DNA of 64,000 bases from a virus, in the IMG/VR virus record IMGVR_UViG_3300020122_000665, positions 21,476 to 85,475 of that record; one strand, 5' to 3'. Of the stretch, positions 24,635-35,503 are shown in pieces. The notes beneath the pieces are model-generated. The model was given only the letters and a program-made list of their open reading frames with translations, ran no database searches and was not told where the DNA came from. The position numbers and the translations under genes are program-made. The first letter of the stretch is position 1; each line of letters begins with the position of its first letter.

Positions 24635-25950
24635 TGTGCGGCCGGCGACAGGGCGCTCCTCTCCCGCTGCTGCCCACGGCGAGCGCGCTCCCGCGAGCGA
24701 TGCTGTGTCCACCGTCGGTGTTTCTGCCCCGCGTCGACGACGTGGTCGACAGCGAGTGGGCGGCCTACGGCAACGGCGCGCACGCGTTCATGGTGCGCGC
24801 CGAGGAGGTCGGCCGCGAAGCGGCGCTCGAGGAGATTCCTGCGGACGCGTCGTGGCGCAACCTCTGCGAGCAGATCCCGCTCGAGAAGCTGCCAAAGGGC
24901 GGCCGATACGAGGTGTCTCTCAGGTGGAACCACCGCACCGGGAAGGCGCGCATCCTCGGCTACGACCTCAAGCCGCACGCGGGAGGCACCTACCCGCCGA
25001 GGGAGGATGCCGCGGACTACGACGGGACGGCGGACCTCGTCGCGACGGTCATGCTGCCCGACGGCACGAAGGCGGTGCTGGTAATCGACTTCAAGAGCGG
25101 CTACCGGCGCATCGGCCTGGCGGTCGATCACAAGCAGGTCAGGTTCCTGGCGCTCGCCGCGGCGCGCGCCCTCGGCGTCGACCACGCGATCGTCGCGCTG
25201 GTCTATCTGCGCGACGACGGGTCGCTGCCGTGGAACGAGGCGCAGCTCGACTTCATTTCGCTCCTGCAGGTCGAGGAGGAGATGGTCGCGCTCGCCAACG
25301 AGATCGAGCGGTCGTGGCTGCGCTACGAGGCGGGCCTCGGCGTCGACGTCAAGAAAGGGAAGTGCACCTACTGCCCCGCCTACGACTCGTGCCCGGCGAA
25401 CGTGAAGCTCGCGGGAGCGATCGTCGCCGAGACGCAGGCGATCGTGAAGCTCGTCGCCGAGAACGCGACGGTCTTCGTCGACGAGGGAAAGGGACTCGTC
25501 GAGCGGATGTCGGACGAGAGCGTGTTCTCCAACGAGGCGGCGGGAGTCGCGCTCTCGCGCGTGCTCCTGGTCGAAGAGCTGCTCAAGCGTGTCAAGCCGG
25601 TCCTGAAGGATCGCGCGCGCCGCGCCCCGCTGCCGCATCCCGACGGCGAGCACGAGTGGCGCGAGGTCGAGGTGCCGGATACCGCGCTCGATGCGGCCGT
25701 CGTGCAGAAGGTCGTCACGGAGAAGCACGGCGAGAAGGCCGGAGCGGAGGTGGTCCAGCTGACGACGTCGCAGAAGGCAATCGAGAACGTGCTGCGACCG
25801 ATCGCCAAGAAGGGAAAGCTCGCGGCCATGAAGCGCGACGTGCTCTCCGCCGTCGAGGTGGCAGGCGGCCTCACCAAGACGATCGGGACCGAGGTGAAGC
25901 TCGTACCGATCGCCGCGACGCAAAAAGCCCTCAAGCGGGCCGCGAAGTAG
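24634..25950 (+). CDS. PD-(D/E)XK nuclease, Cas4/RecB-like with Fe-S cysteines
   Basis: MLCP near the N-terminus, GTAD, IDFKSG, CTYCPAYDSCP. Confidence 0.8.
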   Translation: MCGRRQGAPLPLLPTASALPRAMLCPPSVFLPRVDDVVDSEWAAYGNGAHAFMVRAEEVGREAALEEIPADASWRNLCEQIPLEKLPKGGRYEVSLRWNHRTGKARILGYDLKPHAGGTYPPREDAADYDGTADLVATVMLPDGTKAVLVIDFKSGYRRIGLAVDHKQVRFLALAAARALGVDHAIVALVYLRDDGSLPWNEAQLDFISLLQVEEEMVALANEIERSWLRYEAGLGVDVKKGKCTYCPAYDSCPANVKLAGAIVAETQAIVKLVAENATVFVDEGKGLVERMSDESVFSNEAAGVALSRVLLVEELLKRVKPVLKDRARRAPLPHPDGEHEWREVEVPDTALDAAVVQKVVTEKHGEKAGAEVVQLTTSQKAIENVLRPIAKKGKLAAMKRDVLSAVEVAGGLTKTIGTEVKLVPIAATQKALKRAAK

Positions 25951-25955
25951 GAGGC

Positions 25956-26096
25956 GTGGTGGAGAAGGAACGGATCAGAGAGCTCGCCGAAGAGGCAGCT
26001 CAGAGTATCGAGGGGACGGCGATCCGCGGCGACGCGCTCGCGCGCTTCCTCGAAGCGTTCATCGCCGAGGTGCTCGTCGAAGCGTGCACCAAGTGA
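25956..26096 (+). CDS. Small hypothetical protein
   Basis: SD AGGAGG; GTGA overlap with the next gene. Confidence 0.5.
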   Translation: MVEKERIRELAEEAAQSIEGTAIRGDALARFLEAFIAEVLVEACTK

Positions 26097-26557
26097 AGCG
26101 CACGTCGCTCAACAGGAAGACGGGGCTGCGCTCGCGCCCGAAGGAGCGGCGGCTCAGCAAAGACGCGGTCTCGGTCGGCGTCCGCTCCGACGTAGGGCCG
26201 GTCATTCCGCGCCTCGTATCGTCGGCGCGCACGACGGGCGCCGCGGCGCCGAAGACCGGAGAGATGCACTCGCCGACGCTGCGCGCGTTCGTCAAGGCGG
26301 AGGCGATGTGCCGGCTCGGCGAGGGGACGCACAAGGCGGACGAGCTCCACCACTGGCCGGCGAGCGGCCACGCGCCGGTGATCGACCTGCTGGCGTTCCC
26401 CGTCTGCCGTCGCCACCACGGCGAATGCCACTCAGGGAACTTCAGCGCCTGGAGCGACGAGCGACAGAGCGCCGAGGTGAGTCGATTCTGGCGGTTCCTC
26501 ATCACGCGGCGGCCCGACGTCGCGCGCGCCGCGCTCAAGGAGATGGCCGATGGATAG
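26093..26557 (+). CDS. DUF968/HNH-like zinc-binding protein
   Basis: ELHHW...AFPVCRRHHGECH. Confidence 0.55.
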   Translation: MKRTSLNRKTGLRSRPKERRLSKDAVSVGVRSDVGPVIPRLVSSARTTGAAAPKTGEMHSPTLRAFVKAEAMCRLGEGTHKADELHHWPASGHAPVIDLLAFPVCRRHHGECHSGNFSAWSDERQSAEVSRFWRFLITRRPDVARAALKEMADG

Positions 26558-27626
26558 CCCCCGCAGGCATCTGGTCGTCGAAGTGCCCTCGATTCGCCAG
26601 CCCATCACGAAGTCGCCCGGGTTCGCGAAGAAGGAGCTTTCGACATGGAAGCTCGACCTGATGGCGCTCTGCGGCTTCGGCTGCAGCTACTGCTCGAGCA
26701 ACACCGGGAACTACCTCCGCATCAACCGAGAGAAGTTCGCCGACGCTACCGAGGAGCAGCTCGGCGAGCGCATCTATCCGAGCGACGAGCCCGACCTCGC
26801 GATGGTGTGGCCCGACGTGCTCGAGAAGATCGAGCGCCAGATCGCCAGCCACAAGCCGGGATGGGGCGGCGGCGAGACGCTCGTCTTCTCCATGCTCACC
26901 GACGCCTTCAGCGGTCCTCCGCTGCGCGCCGGCACGACGGAGAAGGCGCTGCGAATGCTGCTCAACGGGACCTCCTTCCGCATCCGCGTGCTCACCAAGA
27001 ACAGCGTCGTCGGCACGTCGCAGAAGTGGCGGGATCTCTTCTTCGAGCACCGCGATCGCGTGGTCGTCGGCCTATCGACGGGGAGCCTCGATAGCGACTG
27101 GGCGCGGCGAGTGGAGATCGGGTGCCCTCCGCCGACCGCGAGAATCGAGGCGACGCGCCGACTGCAAGGTGCAGCAGTTCCCACCTTCGGCATGTTGTGC
27201 CCGATCTTTCCCGACGTTCTCGCCGGCGATTCGCTCGATCTCCTGATCGACGGGATTCGCCCGGAGCTCTGCGAGACGGTGTGGGCCGAGCCCTACAACG
27301 ACCGCTCGAACTGGCAGAAGGTGCGCGCGGGCTACGAGTTGGGGAGCCCCGGGTTCCGGTGGTTCACCGACGTCTACGAGCACGGCGGGCGCTCCGAGTG
27401 GAGCCGCTACGCGACCGACCTCTACCTGCGGCTGCGCGAGAAGGCGCTCGCCGAGGGGTGGATGTCGAAGCTCCGCTACCTGCTCTACGAGAACGACATC
27501 ACCGTGGAGGACGCGCGGCGCTTCCCCAACCTGAGCGGGGTCCTGCTGCAGAGTCCGACCCGAAACGACGGCACGAGCTTGCATCCGATCTTCGGCGAGA
27601 TGCAGAGAGCCTCGGCCGCGGGATGA
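26550..27626 (+). CDS. Radical SAM protein, spore-photoproduct-lyase-like
   Basis: CGFGCSYC (CxxxCxxC), TDAF, VLTK, PIFP. Confidence 0.85.
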   Translation: MDSPRRHLVVEVPSIRQPITKSPGFAKKELSTWKLDLMALCGFGCSYCSSNTGNYLRINREKFADATEEQLGERIYPSDEPDLAMVWPDVLEKIERQIASHKPGWGGGETLVFSMLTDAFSGPPLRAGTTEKALRMLLNGTSFRIRVLTKNSVVGTSQKWRDLFFEHRDRVVVGLSTGSLDSDWARRVEIGCPPPTARIEATRRLQGAAVPTFGMLCPIFPDVLAGDSLDLLIDGIRPELCETVWAEPYNDRSNWQKVRAGYELGSPGFRWFTDVYEHGGRSEWSRYATDLYLRLREKALAEGWMSKLRYLLYENDITVEDARRFPNLSGVLLQSPTRNDGTSLHPIFGEMQRASAAG

Positions 27627-27823
27627 GGATCCACTTCATCGCCGGCGGCTGGTTCCGGCACACCGACGGGACCGAGAAGGACATGGCCGAAGGATTCACG
27701 TGGTGTACGGCGCGGCTTCCCGAGCGCGGCACGAAGACGCGCAGCCTCACGACGTGCGGCAACTGCCGGCGAGCGGTCAAGGGGTGGGAGCCGATTCCAC
27801 CCAAGGAGAGCACGGCACAATGA
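27623..27823 (+). CDS. Hypothetical protein
   Basis: ATGA overlaps; CGNC. Confidence 0.6.
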   Translation: MRIHFIAGGWFRHTDGTEKDMAEGFTWCTARLPERGTKTRSLTTCGNCRRAVKGWEPIPPKESTAQ

Positions 27824-28092
27824 GCGAGAAGCCCGTCCCGAATATCACAGCGACGGTGAATTGGCCGCGCGACGAGGTGCGCCACGTCCTCGCCGAGAAG
27901 AAGCCCTGCGTCCCGACGCCGGTCGTGCTCATCGTCGGCAACCGCGTGGTCTTCACCGGAAGCGCGTCGGCGATCGTCGTCGCGGAGGGAGACGCCGGCC
28001 TCGAGCTGCGCGTCACGGCCATCGATCACGACGTGGTGCACGAGAACGCGAAGATTCGCGCCGCGACGGCGGCCGCCATGGAGAAGCGATGA
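27820..28092 (+). CDS. Hypothetical protein
   Basis: SD AAGGAG; ATGA overlaps. Confidence 0.65.
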   Translation: MSEKPVPNITATVNWPRDEVRHVLAEKKPCVPTPVVLIVGNRVVFTGSASAIVVAEGDAGLELRVTAIDHDVVHENAKIRAATAAAMEKR

Positions 28093-28472
28093 CGACCGAC
28101 GAGAGACTCGACGAGATCAACCGCAAGCTCGACCTGCTGCTGAAGGGGTCCACGTCGGCGCCGCGCGCGCCGGCGGCGGCGCCCGGCGGCGGCATGGTCT
28201 TCCCGCCCTACGGACGCAGCAAAGGCGCGCCGATCTCCGGCGCGAGCGAGCGCGACCTCACCTACTACCGCAACGGCAGCATCCGCACGCTGACGGACCC
28301 GTCGAAGTCGCGCTGGCACGACAAGGAGCGCGTGATGCTCGCCGCCATCGAGGCGGAAATGAAGAAGCAGGGGATCCCGCTGCCCGAGTCCGAAGGCGAG
28401 CCGGCGGTCGACCCGCCGCCGCCCGATTTCGGCGACGGGCCGGGCGCGGGCGACGACGACATCCCCTTCTAG
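28089..28472 (+). CDS. Small protein ending in an SSB-like acidic tail (DDDIPF)
   Basis: C-terminus GDDDIPF; no obvious OB fold. Confidence 0.75.
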   Translation: MTTDERLDEINRKLDLLLKGSTSAPRAPAAAPGGGMVFPPYGRSKGAPISGASERDLTYYRNGSIRTLTDPSKSRWHDKERVMLAAIEAEMKKQGIPLPESEGEPAVDPPPPDFGDGPGAGDDDIPF

Positions 28473-28481
28473 CCGACGCCG

Positions 28482-29357
28482 ATGATTCCCGCCGCCAACA
28501 AGTATCAGACGTTCGCCGAAGCGTTCCACGCCGTGCGCGTGTCGCGCGCGCTCTCCTTCAGGGAGATCGCCGACCAGGCCGGCGTGAGCCGCTCGGAGGT
28601 GAAGGACTGGGAGGACGGGAAGGCGCTCCCGTCGACGGTCCAGTTCAAGCGGATCGCCGGCGTGATGCGCGCGCTCATCCCTTACGCGTACCTGCTCCCG
28701 AGGGAGGCGCCGCGGCACCACCTTGCGTTCGGCGAGACCGAGCATTCGTCAGCACCGCTTGAGCTTCTCATCGATGCGGTGGAGCCCGCGGCCGCTGTCG
28801 CGGACGCCGGCCCGCCGGAGGAGATCGTCGAGGCGGCGAAGCCGACTTCCTTCGGCGAGGCACTGCGCGCCGCGCGCATCGCCGAGGGGCTCTCGCAGTT
28901 CGAGCTCGGGGAGCTGCTCAGCGTCGCCGACCAGGCGGTGAGCAGTTGGGAGTGCGGCCACCACGCCCCGATCCTCTCCCACCTCGAGCAGCTCGACATT
29001 CTCTTTCCCGCGCTGAAGGACGGTCCGCGTCCGCCATCGCGTGATCAGGACAAACCGATTCCGGGGCCGCGCGGCGATGGCCCGGTCAATCCAGGCGGCG
29101 GGGCCGGGCGCGCCAACAGCGTCGAAGTGGCGCTCACCGCGCCGCGGCTCTCGGCGGCGCCGCCGCCGGCGAAGACGATCGCCGACCTCGGCGCCGAGTA
29201 CGCCGGAGCGCTCGCCGCGCACCGCCGCGCCGACCTTGCCGTCGAGGCCGCTGAGGAACAGGTGCGCGAATCGAAGCGACTGCAGCAGGAAGCTGCCGCC
29301 GCGGCGGAGCGCGCGCGCGTCGCTCTCGATCAATTCATTCTCACGGAGGTTCGATAG
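28482..29357 (+). CDS. Tandem XRE HTH regulator
   Basis: Two HTH units (SFREIADQAGVSRSEVKDWE; SQFELGELLSVADQAVSSWE). Confidence 0.8.
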   Translation: MIPAANKYQTFAEAFHAVRVSRALSFREIADQAGVSRSEVKDWEDGKALPSTVQFKRIAGVMRALIPYAYLLPREAPRHHLAFGETEHSSAPLELLIDAVEPAAAVADAGPPEEIVEAAKPTSFGEALRAARIAEGLSQFELGELLSVADQAVSSWECGHHAPILSHLEQLDILFPALKDGPRPPSRDQDKPIPGPRGDGPVNPGGGAGRANSVEVALTAPRLSAAPPPAKTIADLGAEYAGALAAHRRADLAVEAAEEQVRESKRLQQEAAAAAERARVALDQFILTEVR

Positions 29358-29537
29358 ATGACTACCGTCGACCGGGCTCGGAAGGTGGCAGCGGCCGTCG
29401 TCAACTTGCAGGAGCAGGCGAAGAAGTTCGCCGAGCCCGATGCGCGCAACCCCATCTACAGGACGGGCGACCTCGTCGAGGCGGCCGTCGCCTTCACGCA
29501 GGCGATCGTCGCCCTCGGCAAGAGCCGCGATCGATGA
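29358..29537 (+). CDS. Small hypothetical protein (MTTVDRARKV...)
   Basis: SD GGAGG; ATGA overlap with the next gene. Confidence 0.6.
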   Translation: MTTVDRARKVAAAVVNLQEQAKKFAEPDARNPIYRTGDLVEAAVAFTQAIVALGKSRDR

Positions 29538-29794
29538 GGGGCGAGCCGGTCACGATGAATGCGCGGGACCGCGTCGAGAAGCTGTTCGACGAGAACCACG
29601 GCGCGCTGTTCAACGGACAACGCGCCGAGGTCGAGCGCGTGATCCTCGACGCCGAGCGCGAGGCCATGGCGCAGGGAATGGATCGGGCGGCGGCGATGTT
29701 GCGTGACGCGCGCGAGCCCGGGCACCGCTACAAGCTCGATCGAATCGCTGGCGACATTGACACCGAGGCCGCCCGCATTCGGAGCGGCAAATGA
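29534..29794 (+). CDS. Hypothetical protein
   Basis: Translationally coupled; codon bias. Confidence 0.65.
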   Translation: MRGEPVTMNARDRVEKLFDENHGALFNGQRAEVERVILDAEREAMAQGMDRAAAMLRDAREPGHRYKLDRIAGDIDTEAARIRSGK

Positions 29795-30201
29795 GCGCCA
29801 CCGAGATCGAGCGCGTCGAATCGGCCATCCGGGCTGGCGTCGTGAAGGCGCGCGCCGCTGGAAGTCGGATCACGCGGGGCGTTTGGGGGATCCGATTCGA
29901 CGGCAACGGCACGATCCGCCTCGAAGGAGGCTGCTGCCTCCTCGCCCCGCTCCTCGAAGGGAAGAACGTCATTGGGTTCGACGAGCCATCGGACTCCGAA
30001 CTCGTGATCGACGAGGACCAGGCGATCGACGAGGACCACGCCGCCGCGGTCGCGCTCGACATCGACGAGCCGCTCGTGTGGGCGATCGTCAACGGATTCG
30101 ACCGCGAGCCAAAGACGGACCGCGACGACTCGGACTACTACGCCCTTGGTGCCCGCCTCGGTCGCGAGTTCGTCGACGGCAAGGAGGGCGTCAATGGATA
30201 A
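29791..30201 (+). CDS. Hypothetical protein
   Basis: Translationally coupled; codon bias. Confidence 0.7.
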   Translation: MSATEIERVESAIRAGVVKARAAGSRITRGVWGIRFDGNGTIRLEGGCCLLAPLLEGKNVIGFDEPSDSELVIDEDQAIDEDHAAAVALDIDEPLVWAIVNGFDREPKTDRDDSDYYALGARLGREFVDGKEGVNG

Positions 30202-30865
30202 TCCCGAGCGGTGCCCACGGTGCGACAGGGCGGAGTGCTCCGCGTTTCTCCATTGCGGGAAGCACCACGGTCAGAGCTCGTGCGAGTGCTGCGTCGATTG
30301 CGACGCCCACGCGATCGCCGCCGACCAGTGGCGAGCCCGTGCGCTCGTGGCGGAGGCGGGACGCGAGGAGAACAGTAGGCGAGCGTTCGCCGCCGAAACG
30401 CGCGAGATGCTGCTCCGAGAGCAGCGCGCCGAGCGACTGGCGGAATTTCAGGCGCTGCAATCCGAGCGCGACTCCGCCATCGCCTCCGCCGCCCAAGAGC
30501 GTGCCCGTGCGGCGGCGATGCGGGGGGCGCTCGGCGAACTGCTCGACGACTACAACACCGTCGCAGTCAATCCGACAAAGCATCAGCATCACGCGTCCCG
30601 GGTTCGTAATCTCCTCGCCTCTCCCGCCCCCGACCCGTACACCGTGCTGAGAAAGGCGGCGGAGGCGCTCAAGCGGCTCATCGTGCGGCCGTGCCTCGCG
30701 GGTGCGCGCTTCAGCAAGGACCACGGCAAGGTGATCTACGACGGCGTGATGTGCCTGTCGTGCTCAGGAGAGGGCGCGACCGATGAGACGATCGCCCACG
30801 GCGACGATTGCAACGATGCGCGTGCGAGGCGCGCTCTTTCCGAAATCGAAAAGGTGATGCCGTGA
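30194..30865 (+). CDS. Hypothetical Cys-rich/coiled-coil protein
   Basis: SD AAGGAGG; CPRC...CECCVDC. Confidence 0.7.
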   Translation: MDNPERCPRCDRAECSAFLHCGKHHGQSSCECCVDCDAHAIAADQWRARALVAEAGREENSRRAFAAETREMLLREQRAERLAEFQALQSERDSAIASAAQERARAAAMRGALGELLDDYNTVAVNPTKHQHHASRVRNLLASPAPDPYTVLRKAAEALKRLIVRPCLAGARFSKDHGKVIYDGVMCLSCSGEGATDETIAHGDDCNDARARRALSEIEKVMP

Positions 30866-31092
30866 CGCGCGGTCTGCTAACCGACCGGGAGATCATCGAC
30901 GCTCTCGCGCGCGTCCACTGGCGGAACGGCGCTTACGAGGAGCGTCGGGAATCGATCGTCGACCTGACGCGCCGCGCCGTGGCCGGTGAAATGACCAAGT
31001 TCGAGGTCGACTCGCTCGACCTGCACCGTCTCCGCGATGCGGCGGCGCAACTCGGGGTGCAGGTTCACCCGCTGAAGCCGGAGGGGCGCTGA
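30862..31092 (+). CDS. Hypothetical protein
   Basis: GTGA overlap. Confidence 0.6.
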   Translation: MTRGLLTDREIIDALARVHWRNGAYEERRESIVDLTRRAVAGEMTKFEVDSLDLHRLRDAAAQLGVQVHPLKPEGR

Positions 31093-31853
31093 TGGGGGTC
31101 TTCTTCGACAAACGCGCCGCCGATGCGCTCGCCGACGAGGTGGCAGTTCTGGTGCGAGTCGGCACCATCGACGCGCGCAGCCCCGCCGGCGACGCGCTTC
31201 TCGACTACCGCAACGACGAGGCTCCTTTCACGGAGCGGTCCGAGCGCATTGCCGAGCTGACGGAGCGCGCGTCCATGCTCGAATCGTCGCTCGGCGCGGT
31301 GCGCGCGAGCCTCGATAGCACGCTCACCGACCTTCAATCGTTGCAGAGGGAGCGCGACTACTGGAAGGAGCGCTGCGACGACCATGCAGCCAACCGCAAC
31401 CGGGACCTCGCAGCCTACGCGGTGACGTTGAAGGAGCGCGACGAGGACCGCGCCGCCAGGAAGCGGGCCGAGGCGGCGTGCGCGGCGAAAGACGAGGCGA
31501 TGGTTGCCGCCGTCGAGTACGTCGACGCCGCGCGCGTCCATCTGGAGACTCCACGATACAAGCCCACCGATGGGATGGCGCTCGTGCGGTTGGTGGAGAT
31601 TCGTGGGCAACGAGCATGGGACTCCAAGTGCCGATGGCTGAAACTGCGCAATTCCGCCTTCGCCATCGACTGCGGCAAAGCGATCGCCGACGAACTTGCG
31701 GCGCTGCGGGAGGTGGAGCAGGCCGCCGGTTCCTACCTCAATACCGTCGGCGCCGATGGAATGACGGAAGCGGACAATCAGGAGCGCGCTCGCCGCCTGT
31801 CGGCGCTCAATCGCGCCCTCGCCGCCGCCGAGAAGGTGCGCCGTGGCTCGTAG
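31092..31853 (+). CDS. Hypothetical coiled-coil protein
   Basis: TGATG overlap; heptad-rich. Confidence 0.7.
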   Translation: MGVFFDKRAADALADEVAVLVRVGTIDARSPAGDALLDYRNDEAPFTERSERIAELTERASMLESSLGAVRASLDSTLTDLQSLQRERDYWKERCDDHAANRNRDLAAYAVTLKERDEDRAARKRAEAACAAKDEAMVAAVEYVDAARVHLETPRYKPTDGMALVRLVEIRGQRAWDSKCRWLKLRNSAFAIDCGKAIADELAALREVEQAAGSYLNTVGADGMTEADNQERARRLSALNRALAAAEKVRRGS

Positions 31854-32025
31854 CCGGCTCGCATCCCCACCGGCTCACTCGGAGCTCCTCGCGCTCTACA
31901 AGCAGGTTCGCTCCTACTGCCTCCGCGAGCGTCGCGAGGTGAGGTGCGATTCTCCGAAGATGGTGAAGGACTGGCGGGCGATCTGCGTGGCAGTAGGGGC
32001 GGAGAAAGCGACGGCGGGCCGATGA
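31843..32025 (+). CDS. Small hypothetical protein
   Basis: Fills the operon gap; ATGA overlap. Confidence 0.5.
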   Translation: MARSRLASPPAHSELLALYKQVRSYCLRERREVRCDSPKMVKDWRAICVAVGAEKATAGR

Positions 32026-32692
32026 CCGAGCACCCGATCCTCTTCAGCGGCGCGATGGTGCGCGCGCTGCTCGACGGCACCAAGACGCAGACGCGGAGGC
32101 TCGTCGATCATAAAGGCCTCACCAGGCCGGATAGCATCGCGCACATCGACGGCGCTCTCTGGTCCGCTCAACGATCGACGCAGGGGCCGGAGTTGATTCG
32201 TTGCCGATACGGCGTCGCCGGCGATCGGCTGTGGGTCAAGGAGACGTGGGCGGCCGGAGCGTGCGCCGACGGGCTCTCGCCTTCGCAGCTCGATCCGCAC
32301 TTCTGGAAGAACTACAACGGCGGCCTCTGGTATCCCGCCGACGATGCGAAGCCGCTTCACCCGGTGACGCCGCGCGGGAAGACGCGCGTCTCGATTCACA
32401 TGGTCCGGTGGGCCTCGCGCATCAGCCTCGACGTGGAGAGCATCCGCATCGAGCAGCTCGAGGACATCACCGAGGAGGACGCGCGCGCCGAGGGCGTGAA
32501 GCTGACGCCGTGCGCGCACCCGGATTGCGGCCACGGCGACGGGCGCTGCGCCGCCGACAGCTACCGCGGCGCCTACGCGCTGCTCTGGAACCAGATCAAC
32601 GGCGAGCGCGCAACGTGGGGGAGCCGCCCGTGGGTGTGGGTGATCTCCTTCCCGTCGCCGGGCGTTCCGAAATCAGCATGGAGGGGGAGCCG

Positions 32693-32696
<4 letters not shown>
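32022..32696 (+). CDS. ASCH/PUA-like phage protein
   Basis: PILFSGAMVRALLDGTKTQTRR, GDRLWVKETW, SIHM.RWASRI, PWVWVISF. Confidence 0.85.
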
Positions 32697-33895
<1,199 letters not shown>

Positions 33896-33900
33896 CGGCG

Positions 33901-34356
33901 ATGACGTTCCGCCAGTGGTTGGGCAAGGTGGGGCAGCCGGGGGCGATGAAGTCCTTCGCCCTCGAGTGGATCTTCGATCGAAGCCGGCCGCGCGCGGTGA
34001 AGTCTCTCTCCGAGATCGTCGACCACCTCACCGCGCGCGGGGCCAGCGAGGCGATCATCGCCGGCGCGCGCCAGGCGTGGGCAGCATGGGCAGACGACTG
34101 CGCCGCCACCGACGGCTTGATCATCTGCGACGAACTGGTCGGCCCATCGATGGGGCTGCGGATGCGCGCCATCGGTGAGCACGACCTCGCCTTCCTGACC
34201 GTGCCCGGCGGCGCGTCGGCCTGGTCTCCGTGTCGCCGTCCCAATCTGACGCCGCCGGCGCCGCGCGTGCCGCGGTTCGGCATCGTCGACGAGGCGCGCG
34301 CTCACGCCGCGATCGCCGCGTCGATGGTCGCGCGTCGGGTGAGGCGAGCGCGGTAG
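33901..34356 (+). CDS. Hypothetical protein (N-terminus weakly YozE-like)
   Basis: MTFRQWL...ARQAWAAW. Confidence 0.6.
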   Translation: MTFRQWLGKVGQPGAMKSFALEWIFDRSRPRAVKSLSEIVDHLTARGASEAIIAGARQAWAAWADDCAATDGLIICDELVGPSMGLRMRAIGEHDLAFLTVPGGASAWSPCRRPNLTPPAPRVPRFGIVDEARAHAAIAASMVARRVRRAR

Positions 34357-34566
34357 ATGGGCTGGTCGAAACACGGCGATCCGATGCCGTCGCTGCGCGC
34401 CGCTCCGAAAGGGCCAGAGCATCACAGCGTCGTCGAGGCGCGCGAGATGGTGGTCGATCGCGCGCGCGGCCTTCTCAGCGCGCTCGATGCCGGGGGATTC
34501 TGCCTCTCCGAAGGCGAGGCGCTGCGCGACGCGCTCGCGATGTACGACCAGAAAAGGACTCCGTGA
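34357..34566 (+). CDS. Hypothetical protein
   Basis: Adjacent to the upstream stop; GTGA overlap. Confidence 0.55.
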   Translation: MGWSKHGDPMPSLRAAPKGPEHHSVVEAREMVVDRARGLLSALDAGGFCLSEGEALRDALAMYDQKRTP

Positions 34567-34877
34567 GCGTCTACCTCGACCCGATGATCGATTGGGGGAA
34601 GTGCATCGGCCGCGCCGGACCGGCGTGGTGCCACATGATGGCGGACACCATCGACGAACTGCACGCGATGGCCGATCGAATCGGGATGAAGCGCCGCTGG
34701 TTTCAGAACCACGCGAGCATGGCGCACTACGACCTCGGAACGCACGGAATGCGGGCGCGCGCCGTCGCTGCAGGAGCGATCGAGTGCGACCGGAACACCT
34801 TCGTCGGGCACATGCGACGACTTCGCACGGCCCCGCAGAGGAGAACCTTATGGGAGACTTCAACGACCAGCACATAG
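34563..34877 (+). CDS. DUF4031 domain protein
   Basis: VYLD, WCHMMADTIDELHAMA.RIG.KRRWFQ, HYDL. Confidence 0.9.
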   Translation: MSVYLDPMIDWGKCIGRAGPAWCHMMADTIDELHAMADRIGMKRRWFQNHASMAHYDLGTHGMRARAVAAGAIECDRNTFVGHMRRLRTAPQRRTLWETSTTST

Positions 34878-35155
34878 AGGCGCTCCGTCGCGGCGAGACG
34901 GTGAAACTGCGGCCGCACGGCAACTCGATGACGCCGAAGATCAAGAGCGGGCAGCTCTGCACGATCGCGCCCGTGCGCGCCGATGAGATCTCCGTCGGAG
35001 ACGCTGTGCTCGTGAAGGTCCACGGCAACCGCTACCTGCACCTCGTGAAGGCGATCCAGGGCCAGCGGGTGCAGATCGGAAACAACCACGGCCGAATCAA
35101 CGGATGGACGACGCTCGATCACGTCTATGGGCGGCTGGTGAGCGTCGAGCCGTAG
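34850..35155 (+). CDS. Stand-alone S24/S26 peptidase-like protein
   Basis: GNSMTPKIKSG, VGDAVLVKV, YLHLVKA. Confidence 0.7.
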   Translation: MGDFNDQHIEALRRGETVKLRPHGNSMTPKIKSGQLCTIAPVRADEISVGDAVLVKVHGNRYLHLVKAIQGQRVQIGNNHGRINGWTTLDHVYGRLVSVEP

Positions 35156-35503
35156 ATGGGCCTCCCCTGCTACCTCGACGCGCACGAGGTCGCCGAGCGG
35201 CTCAAGGTGAGCTACTCGTCGGCGCGGCGCGTGATGCAGCGGGTTGGCGAGGTGCGCGTTGGTTCGCTTGCGCGGGTATGTGAGGATGACCTAGTCTCCT
35301 ATCTCGCTTCATGCCGCGCCCCCGCAAAGGCCCACACATTTATCGCCGCAGCGACGGGCGCCCAGGCTGGTACGCCTACGTCGACCGCGACGACAAGAGC
35401 CACGCCCTGGACACCGAAGACGAGACGGAAGCAGCCCGCCGCCTCGCCGACCTTCTTCAGCGCCGAGGAGTTCGCGCAACGGGCGCGCGCGCGACGCCGC
35501 TGA
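35156..35503 (+). CDS. Excisionase-like HTH protein
   Basis: YLDAHEVAERLKVSYSSARR...RVG...RV; overlaps the integrase start. Confidence 0.75.
   Translation: MGLPCYLDAHEVAERLKVSYSSARRVMQRVGEVRVGSLARVCEDDLVSYLASCRAPAKAHTFIAAATGAQAGTPTSTATTRATPWTPKTRRKQPAASPTFFSAEEFAQRARARRR

Noticed and set aside
24634-25950. Cas4-like nuclease as part of CRISPR-Cas
   Set aside because: No cas1/cas2 or array; the position fits a phage recombination exonuclease
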